Of a stretch of DNA of 64,000 bases, positions 1-10,516 are shown one piece after another. The DNA lies in NCBI GenBank assembly GCA_040954595.2, contig CM082587.2:3790275-3854274 (forward strand). Reading direction: 5' to 3'. The stretch is from Balanoglossus misakiensis (Eukaryota > Animalia > Hemichordata). The stretch's first letter is position 1, and each line of letters starts with the position of its first letter. The position numbers were made by a program, and so were the translations under genes. The notes beneath the pieces were generated by a model. The model was not told the DNA's origin. It worked only from the letters and a program-made list of their open reading frames with translations, and did no database searches.

Positions 1-16
1 CATTTCCACTACACAG

Positions 17-3000
17 ACAGACACAGACATTCCTGTAGTCATGAGCTCAATTCTCATCATTGCTACTTTGCTGCCGATCATACCGTCGTTCGTTGGGCCG
101 TACCTGGACGACATCTTTGAAGGCTTCAGTCGCCTGGCGTCGTGGAAGTTGAAACCACCAGGTAAATGTGGGCTTGTCAATATACAGACAATGTGCATGT
201 AAAGCTTACAAACCCACTTGTATGAAAACTTATGTTATTTCTTCGGTCACCTAGAGGTCAGGCTTCAAAGGATTATGGGATGTGTAGGTCGCATCAAGGA
301 TCAAGACCAGTGCATGAAAAATAAGTGAGAAAATGTTCTCTTTTGTGCTGAACATTTGTCTTTGAAAGACTTACCAGAGATTTTGTGTCTCTTCTTCAGC
401 AATCGTGCCCAATGTCTACATCATTCATTTACAAGTGGCCGTGTATTCCTTGTTTCACCGGCTCTACGGAATGTATCCGTGCAATTTTCTGTCGTATCTC
501 AGAGAGAGATATGGAAAAGAAAACAGCAAGGAATTCAACCAGATCATTTTGGTAGGTTTTCATTTTTAAATTTTTGTTGGTAGCAATTTGAGTCACAAAA
601 AGAATGATGTGAAACAATACAAAAAATGATAGGACATCTCAAAAATATTCTATTTAATTGTTTGTGATTAGCATTTTCAACCTTTTTTTTCTGCAGCCAA
701 TGTTAGAGCATGTGCGGATGCATCCCAATTTAGTAACTGGCTCCAAGGATATGGAAACTGATGCAGCCAGGTAAACATCTTATTTTTAAAGCATCTTGGC
801 ATATGACATCTGTATTCATAGTTTCACACATCATTGAGGTTTCAGTTATGTGTGATATGTTTCTTGATTTTCTTCTGTAGATGGAGGAAGATGGAAAGCC
901 ACGATATAGTGATGGAATGTGCCAAGATTTCCTTGGATATGCTAGAATGTACAAGAGACGATTTACCATACGGGCATCTGGTAAAGTCAACTAGTAAACA
1001 GTCAGGTTAGTGATAGTAAAAATGTTTACAACTGGTCAAGATGGCTACTTAATAAGTTAGTGCTAGTCAACAGTTTGAAACTGGTTAGTGATGGTAAACA
1101 CAGTTTGTATTACATGAAAGATTTGTCCTAATTCTGAAATAAAATGATGGTATATTACAGGCAGCCTTTCTCAAGATAGCTCATCGGAAACAGAGCAGAA
1201 GAAAAAACAAAATGACAGCGTTCCCAGTACGCCCAAGCACCCTCCGAAACTATCTTTGCCTGCGGAAGCAGTTTGGAGTCCCTCCGTCATGTGTGGGTTG
1301 ACAACCCCTCCGTGCCAAGTGTCGCCGACCAGCAGCTTAGCCGACATCTCCTGTTCGCTGTTCCAGTCGGTACCTCAGACCCCCACGCATTTGAGTTCGA
1401 CGGGGGCGTCGGGCAGCTTCCAGTTCAACTCCCCGGACAGCTGCGACTCGCTGGAGACCAGTGGGGAGCCCTCGCGCCAGACGGCGGCGTCCAAGGGCAA
1501 GGTGAACATTCTCAGTCGGCTGACGCAGTCCCTGGTGGCCAAGTCGGCCACGCCGTCGCCGACGCTGTGCAACAACGACAAGTGCCAGTCACTGCCAGCC
1601 ACTCCGTGCAAGGACGGCGCAGAGCCGAGAGATGTTCCAGACAGCGTTCAGGAGAGGGGAAGAAACATCGCTGAGAAGCTGTCGGAGAGGCTACAAGCGG
1701 AAGCCACGAGAGAATCGGAAAGCCACCTCACAGAGGAGAGCCACAAGAGTGTGTCCATGAAAGATTTGTCCAAGATTATCGAAGGTTTGTCCCAGTCGAT
1801 GGAACAAGATGAAGAATATTTGGAAGGTAAAGCATTACAGCTGTCTCAGCCTATGTGCGTGTGTATCTACTGTGTCGTCAAACCGTGGATTTGAGACATC
1901 CCTTTGCTATGTATTTATAGTTGTCGAAATTTTGCTTTCAGATGCAGTTGATGAAGAAATTTCCTCCATTGTGAACACGACTAAAGAACATGAGGCGGAC
2001 GATTTTGAGCAAGAAAGGCCGCGGTCAGTGACACCTTTCAAGAGTACCACTGAAACACTAACTGGTCCAAGCAGTTACCCCGATAGAGGGTTTTGTTATC
2101 ATCGCCACCCCCAGTGCAATATGCCGGACACCATCAACTTCTGCAGTGACTTGGACACCCCCGTGGACGACTATGAATTTCGGGTGCGCGCCAGTAGCGA
2201 CCCCGTGACGTCAAAGGGCAAAGTCGCCAAGAAACGCTTCAGACCGCACCACAATGCTATTCTGGCGTCCGGCAGGAGTTCGTACGAGCAGCCAATCAGC
2301 AACGGCAAAACGGTAGCATCACCTGATTCCCGGCGGGACGTGGGCGTCGGCACCGACGACGACCTGTCGTTTCTGCCGAACGGCCGGGACGCGGTCACCC
2401 AGGTGGTGACCAGCCACACCACGACGACGGTCACCAGCACCCGGCACAGGTTCGCGCCGATTCGGGAGGACTCCGACGGCGGACAGGCGGACGTCGTGCA
2501 GGACGCGGACGCAGAGGCGGCCGACACCACGGCGTACATGAACCTCTTTCCCATGGTGCTGCCGCCCTCCGTGCTCTCCGAGTGCGTCACGCAGCTGGAG
2601 CAGACGCCGCACTGCGCCAGCCTGAGCTTCCAGAGTCCTGGGGCCTCCATGAACCTCATCAACAGCAGTTTCCTGGCATCGCTGTCGCCGCCGCAGCTTC
2701 TGGACAGACACATTGAACTTGGTGGGGAGATACATGCTGAGGAATTGAGCAGGTATGCATGGCACCACTATAGGGCACTGCCATTATCTCAACAAAAACG
2801 ATTCATGAGCTAGTTCAGACAAGTCTGGACAGTATCACAGTATCATAACGTCATAAGTTTGAAATAGGAAAGTAAGGATTATCATTAATAAACGTGAGTG
2901 GGATTGAAATTAATGTTCTTTGTCTTTGTTGCCAAGGTTACCGCTAACCAGTCAGCCCACGGTGAACTGGACCCACTTTGGAGGTAAGTGCCAACACACA

Positions 3001-5640
3001 CCAAGTCAACAAACCAGTGTATCTTGAGTTAATTTTGAAGCACTTCTCATTATCATTTTCATATTCCTAGTGCTGAAGTAGCATGATGGTTCAACTCAAC
3101 TGTTTGCTGTTGTTTCTTTTCTACCGGTGTCTCAGGACCACCTCCAGCGGATGAATTGAACATCCTGAAGGGACAGATACAGTTGCTGCATCACCAGCTG
3201 TTGTATGAGAGGCATAAGCGAGAGTTGCATGCCCAAAGAAATCGAAGATTATTGGGCAAAACTCACAGGGTCAGTCAGTAGTGAAGTTATTACAGCATTT
3301 TACAAAGAAAAAGTATCCCCTTTGGAATGAGAACAGACCTCATCCAACCCCCAAATTTCAGCTCACCTTTTTGATTTCATTTCAGGCGGTTGCTATGGAA
3401 GAACTGGCATCAGCGAGACTTGATGAAGTCCGACTGCTGGACTCGACACTGAAAGACGTCAGAGATGAGCTGAGAAGTCTGCGAGATGAAAATGTTGTTC
3501 TTAGAGCAACCAAGAATGATCAAGACAAAAATCTGACAGAGCTGCTGAGGCAAGTCTACTATTTAATTACATAAAATATTGTATCAGCCAGTATACCACA
3601 AGAAGCTGACATAAATGAAAAGTTTTTTTTTTCATTTGTAGGAAATACAAAGAAGAAAATGAGATACTGGCGTATCGGAATAAAGAGTTGGAAAGCAAAG
3701 TTACAAATCAGCTGCAGGAAGTCGACAGACTAAACAAGGTATGCTTGATACAGGGAACATTGTAAATCATCATCAGTTATATGATGGATATTAATCCTTT
3801 GAGCCCATTCAGGGAAGAAAACAACCAAATGATGTCGATGGTCACCAGGGGGCTGGTACGCAAAGTGAAAAATAAACACTCGGCACCAGCAATTGGTTTT
3901 AAAAATTTTACCCCAGCTTGGCTGAACATATTAATTTGATAACAGAGCAAAAGGTGTCTGTTTTGTGACCAGACAAGTCAAATCTTGAGGGGTTTTATTA
4001 TTATGCAGGACCTGAAGTGTAGCAACGAGACTGTGTTCAACATCACGCACGAGCTTGAAGACTTGAAAGAAAAAGTGTCAATGACTGATATGTACAAAGA
4101 AGAGGTAAGTCTGTTTAAGCCATGTTTTAACCCACGAATTTAATGTTTTAACATGATAGATGATGAGATATTAAATAATGCAATATTTACTAAAAGAGAG
4201 TATGTTTTACACAGAATACTATTTTTGTCATTTGCGCAGGTAAACAGGTTGAAGAAGGAGATCATTTTGATGGGGGAGTTTTCTCAAAAACTTGAAGAAA
4301 GATTGGAGAAGACCAAGGACAATACGATATGCAATGGTGATGAGGTTGACCTGATCGAGGCTGTTTATAAAGAAGAACTTTCAAGTTAGTATTGTTTAAC
4401 CCTTTCACCCCCATGGTTCAATGGTAAGCTCAGTTCGAGCAGTGGAATGATGGCTGTAAAAATGTGTTCACTTTTTATGTGCAGTGACATGTTGTTTTTT
4501 GTGCACACAGCTCTCAAGGACAAGAGCCAACAGCTGACCATCCAGGTGGAGGCCTACAGGGTGAGAATAAATGAAATGGAAGCCATTGTTGCTCAAAAGG
4601 TAGGAGAAACTGCAGTGGGATCTTGTTGGCATTCGAAGTTACCCAGAACTACGCATTGTCTACATACCAGTACAGCATGTATGTGTGTAACAGCCATTCT
4701 TATTGTTGTTAATTATAGTCTGGACTTGAATTCAGCTTCAATTTACCTCTGCGATTTACTTGTCCTTTTATTTCAAAGGAAATGACAGCAACAGAACAGA
4801 AAAGGTTCTTAGAAAATGTCAAGAGTCTCTCAAAAGGACAGATGCAGGTAAATAATATTCCAATGCACGGTTAATTTTTGTTTCTCAATTTTCAGAGAAT
4901 AATCTTAAGTTCCTTATAAACTTTTTTCTAGGTGCATTCTACCTAAAAGTTATAATTGAAAACTTATGAATATGCAAATTCATGTAAATCTGCAACCAGT
5001 GTTACAAGTTTTTATCCAATCACAGGCGATGGAAGCCAAGTATGCGTCGCTGAAGAAGACCAATCAGAGACTGGAGGCACACATTTTGAAACTGTACAAC
5101 AAACTGGAACAGCAGAAAGGAGGAATCAGCATCTCCGACAAGTACTCAGCTTTAAAGGGTCGTGGTGGCACCGACGGCGTTCACCACAGCACAAAGCAGA
5201 GGGACTCGTCAGCCGGAAGAGACAGTCCCCTGACGTCGGAGTCCACATCCGCCTCCACGGCGTCGTCGGTCGCCAGTTCGCAGGGCAGTCCGTCCGACAG
5301 TCCCACCAAGCGGAAGGTCAAGGTCCTGACGGACGTCAAAACGGGAAGCCTGGAGCCCATGAGGCCGCTGTTCAACATCAACAGTCCGGGAATCACGTTC
5401 AGTACATCCTCGCCGTTCAAGAAGTTCCACGAAGGCGACCACGGGCGATCGGGGAAGGCCAACACGCTGCCGAGGACCGGCGACGCGAACGTTGCGAAAC
5501 TCGCGGGGCAAATGGCGCAGAGTTACCCCCCGCCGGGCCCCCTGCTGGCGGTGAACGAGAAACAAGTCAGATCCAGAGTGAACGATTTACCAGAGAAATC
5601 TGAATTTGAACTCTCCTCGGATAGCAGAGACTCGCACTGA
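17..5640 (+). CDS. TSC1: Hamartin (tuberous sclerosis 1 protein); 5' end lies outside the window
   Basis: Exons 17-161, 400-551, 697-770, 881-1005, 1161-1826, 1942-2752, 2937-2983, 3136-3269, 3386-3549, 3642-3738, 4009-4104, 4240-4384, 4511-4599, 4779-4847 and 5026-5640 join in one frame. The product contains hamartin hallmarks [65 protein letters not shown] and [23 protein letters not shown], followed by a coiled coil. Intron 3550-3641 is GC-AG. Confidence 0.96.
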
Positions 5641-7526
5641 CAGATACTTGGGTCCCTGATGAAGACATGTGTGTATGGGTGTGTGCGAAGGGAGAGAGAG
5701 ATGTTGTGTGTGGGAGGTATATGGCACTTGGGCTGTTACATGCAGATTCAAGGCCACACCCACCACAAGTCTGTCAATCAAATTGACAGACAGACCACAA
5801 TGTCATGAACTGACAAAGCTTTAATATATGTGCAACAGGCAATACATGTATTTTGTGTGTGGAATTTGTCAAAAAACCAAAGGGGGGGGGGGGGGGTGTA
5901 TAACAATTCCCTTAACGTAGAACTTGTACATTGGCATTTCTTTTGACACAATCTTAACATTCAATGTATAATGCAGCTGTACTGGTTATGTGAACAACCG
6001 TGTTATTTTGATCTGATAAATGTCTATCACTATAGAATAATATACCATTAGGAATGTTTTGCATTTAAAATGAACGGTACCATATACAAATATAGATTTC
6101 ATATTATGGATAGTTTTAAATGCAGCTGTGTATTTATTTAATGAAACCAGACTCCAGAGGTCAAAGTTCAGCAAATATCTTAGGGTCATAGCCGTTCAGT
6201 ATAATCAGAAATGTAGTGGCTGGAATTATTATTTTGAGGATTGTATAAATTTTGTATGGTGAAACCAATAAGTTGGTACTATCACCTCCTGTTGTAAAAA
6301 GCAATTATTTATAAATTATAACTCCCACCTGTGTACATGTAATTTCCTCCAGGGTTAATTCTTTGTCAGATATTATTGTCTCCTGTATCAGCTTTTTTTT
6401 CTCTCCAAAAGAATGTGTTTTGGATTAAAATGTTCAGAATTTTTCAACTGGCTACTTTTGCATTGCCAGTCGATTTAGTAGTGAGAACTGACTTCACACA
6501 ATTGTGACCTCTTTTACACTTAATACTTTGGCAGGGGTTTGTTCATTGTGCAGGCTGATAAAATTAATTAACAAGGAAGTTGCAAGATGTCAGAATTTTC
6601 AATTGATTCTTTAATGCTCAAAGCATGTATACATATAGCTGAGGTTTGTAGATGTTAGAGTGAATGTCAAACATTTCCATCTGTATATGTCAAAGCTTTT
6701 ATGCTAATAATTGTTATGTATGTGTCCACATGACAGCGGCAACCTGATTGGACAGTCGCTTATCCAAAGTAACCAATCAGCACTGCTGTAGAGTGTGCTC
6801 CGCAGATGAACAATGGAGATGTGTGTGTGTTTCTGTGGTTGACCTGGTTATCAACAGATATCACCTCTTGTTTGGGCCGTATTTGCAAGTCAAACGACTC
6901 ACAACGACGCTCTTGGCAGTATTTTCATACTGTCTTTGGCAAGGACAAGTCATCAGTGCTTTGAAGATACGAGAGAATTGTTTGGTATGTAGAAGTCTGA
7001 ATTTATATTTTGACCTCATTGAAAGACAGTGAAATGAGACAAGATGAGTCGGGTTTAATGAGAGTGTATTTTTTAATGTGCAGAATGGTATCAAAAGTTG
7101 CTGGTTAGGAAGTGGACACGAGTGATTGAATGTGAAATGGAAGTTAAATGTGTGTTTTTTTCTGTGCTGTGCATTCTCTGTGATAATCCTTTGACTTGCT
7201 CTGGTAAAACTTGGCTGACTTGGCCATCATTTACATTAACTGAAGTTCATTAAAAGACATCAATTTCGACCACACCACAATTAGGAATCTTCAATGCATA
7301 ACAGGTTTCCAAGTTTTAATGCTCGATTGTAGTCATAGATTTGTGTAAATTTACACAATTTGGACTGATTGGGAGACATCTCCATCTGTGGCATTGTCTA
7401 CATGGTTAACCTTGGTTTTGAATGGTTAATAAAAGCCCGTAATAGTATTATTACAGTGTTTCTCATTTTATCGCATGTTCCGGTGTTTATATTTCCCTGA
7501 GAAATGACATCACTGGCAAGTGGCTT

Positions 7527-9342
7527 TTATTTCTCTTGTTTTATTTTCTTCTCCATTTGCGAAGTACTTTCATTGCTGAGTCTTTTCTTCCTATTTTGTT
7601 GGACCTCTTCCTGTGAAAATAATACCAGAGTAAATTACATGCATTTTTAGCAGGGTATATATAGTCTTTGCATCGTGATTGCCAAATTATAAATTAACCA
7701 AAATCTGCAAAATCTTTAGGCAACATGACACACTAAAAAAACATTTATGGTCTGGTCATCTGTTGTATTACACAAACATTACCTTCTTAATCTTCTTGCT
7801 CTTCAAATCTTGAAACTTTTTCAGATCGGCGCTGAATAAAACCTGTGCATTAAAAATCAAAATATTTAAGAATGAGTTATGGACTGCACTTTATGGCTTT
7901 TCGTATTTTCCACTATGGACCAGTCCAAATCCACTGTTTTCTATGGAAAGGTTGGACCACTAAAGAGGGGACTGGGGGTGAAAGAGTCAACGTTACTTAC
8001 AGAATGTGCCCACCCTGCATAGTCTCCATACAAGTTTCGGAAGAAATCGCCAATCTCTCTGTAGACTCTGTCCGTCAATGATTTGGTCTTGGCCAGTTTC
8101 GGCATGTAGTCCCTGCTGGCTATCTGCCACACATGCGTGTCCACTGGTATTGCTGAATGTTTGTCCAGTGACATCAGACATACACAGTCTGCAACCTGCA
8201 AAGTTTAATAGCAGTCCTATTAAATGCATTTTCAGTGGCAACAGAGTAACTGCATGAAACGCAGCTGTATTTTTCTGACTGGCTAATTCAAACCAATGTT
8301 CCCCTTTAATGTTAACTGACCTTTGAACCAACTCCTGGAAGTTTTAATAACTCGGAGTGAGCATCTTCGTAGGAAACCGATCTCAGAGACTGTAGCCAGC
8401 TTTCACCATGATTCTCCATGATGTACTTAGCAGATTGGTTGATATACTTGGCCCTGTATCCGAACCCTAAATTCCTCAGCTCCTGCTCAACACTCTTGTT
8501 GGCAAGTTTGGTAATGGATGGGAAGGCATAGTACGTTTTCCCATCCACACTGCAAATTTTCTCTCCATATTTTTCACACATGCGGTCAACCATGCCACTT
8601 ATCCTCGCGATGTTATTATTTGAGGAGCAGATAAAAGCGAAAAGGTTCTCCGTGGGGTCTTGCCGCAGCACCCGTATGCCCGTGAAATCTGCGGCAACTT
8701 GTTTGAAGTTCGCGTCTGCTGCGCTCCATTTCTGATACAAATCTTCCAAGTTTGCATTCAGCTGGAAGTAATCACGCAGTGTACTCTCGGCAGAGTCGAC
8801 ATCCCGGGTGTCTGAACTCTCTTGCTTGATGCAGCTTTTTGATTCGGCAAGTTCAGTTTGTTTTGGTGACTGTCTGTGTTTTGATTTTGTCTTTGTTGGG
8901 GGTCTATCTTCTGTACTGGCATCTGCTGTGCTGTCCTGGGCGTGGCTGTGTATCTGATAGAAGACTTCGCGATCGCTCTGTTTCAAGGTCCACACCTTCT
9001 TTGCGAGCACACTCCTCCATACCCCTGGCTTCACTTCCGTCCACCTGCAAAAATATCAATGATTCTTTATTGAATAGGCAAAATCATAAATTAGCTGCAA
9101 TGATTGTAGCTAAGGCGATCGCCGTGTACTCGCAAGCGACTGTGATGCACGGTGGTGGTGGTGGTGGGCGTTTCCGGAAATAAAGACGCGTTAACACTCG
9201 AGTTCAACTCTCATCGTTTTCTGTCTTTAAACCGTCCCTAAATGATGAGTTATACTGACCTGAAAGACTGTCCGCATGCAAGAACTATGTCTAGACGGAG
9301 TTCAGCTATTTTACACGGTATGGACCTCCAATTTGTCGCCAT
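7527..9342 (-). CDS. OGG1: 8-oxoguanine DNA glycosylase/AP lyase
   Basis: Exons 9342-9260, 9044-8321, 8195-8001, 7842-7783 and 7610-7527 give about 381 aa. Motifs: [53 protein letters not shown], Hh[15 protein letters not shown] (catalytic Lys), [10 protein letters not shown] (catalytic Asp) and [10 protein letters not shown]. The basic C-terminus looks like an NLS. In-frame upstream ATGs at 9396, 9408, 9459 and 9471 make the start uncertain. Confidence 0.96.
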
Positions 9343-9659
9343 CGAGTACGTAGGTGATATGTTTATTTTGTGCAAAATGTGCCAGTTTCTGATCATTTCA
9401 GCCAGCATCAGACTGGTAATTTGACAGTCACGTCTTCGGATGTCCGAATCAGAATCCATTTCGGACTTCATTTGTATCGGTCTTGCACTTTTCAGGCACG
9501 CGCTTCGTTGTCAGTAAAAAGTAATATTGTCATGTGGTCGTAACATTTCAAATTTGGTTCATTCAGATACACAATTTACTATTTATATTATAAATTCGAA
9601 CAGTAATTTAAAGACTTACATAAACAGAATACAATTAAATAGACGAATCATCATGCTAT

Positions 9660-9840
9660 TATTTACAGTATACGTAAACAAACGCTATGGCAACAGCGCG
9701 CCATAATGGCGGACGTACGAAACTGACACTCAACTCGGCATCAGAAAAGTTCGAATCTACTCTACTGACAGCTTCTGTTGCTCCTGGTTCTGTCATTATT
9801 TGCGTGTAAAATGTAACAGAGAGGTAACATAGCAACAAAG
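9660..9840. promoter_or_regulatory. Candidate bidirectional promoter for OGG1 and LRRIQ3
   Basis: The head-to-head gap is about 600 bp. It contains a forkhead-like GTAAACAA (9674), an RFX half-site CTATGGCAAC (9685-9694), the palindrome CGCCATAATGGCG (9699-9711; YY1 core on both strands) and an X-box-like GGTAACATAGCAAC (9823-9836). Motif-level evidence only. Confidence 0.5.
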
Positions 9841-9971
9841 CTTTGGCATTTACCGTGGTACCACCGACCTAGCAGTGCCTCGAGCCGCACCGCCCCAGCC
9901 TATCTATCACTGTGGACTGTGGTGCTATCACCAGACACAAGATTTGATTCCGACACTGACAGTATATCAAG

Positions 9972-10381
9972 ATGGTCAGCATACCGGACTGGAGTAAATT
10001 CGCCCGGCTGACGGGATCGCCGAACAAACCGTCAAACCTTGATTCGAAGTATGAAAAAATTCGACAGGAAAAGTTCTACAGGGAAGCGGAAGAGAAGGGC
10101 TATTTGCAAAACCTGAGCAAGGCCATGTTGAAGGAACAATGCATCCAAAACGCCGAAAAAGAGACGCTACGAACAATCAAGTTCGTCAAGTTGGTCGGTG
10201 TTCACCTCAGAGATATAATGTGTATATATATTTGCAAAAGACTTCGAATATGCATTCTGCATTCGAACTACATCAGTAGGTTCGATGCCTTGATAGCATG
10301 CCCTGAACTCATTAAACTTGATTTACACAGTAATCAGGTAGGTTGATTTTCACAATGATGATGATGATGATGATGATGATT

Positions 10382-10413
<32 letters not shown>

Positions 10414-10434
10414 GATGATGATGATGATGATCAT

Positions 10435-10516
<82 letters not shown>

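Noticed and set aside
4397-4470. piggyBac-like TTAACCCTT ends (also about 3791 and 7970-7990)
   Set aside because: The partner TIRs are too degraded to delimit elements.
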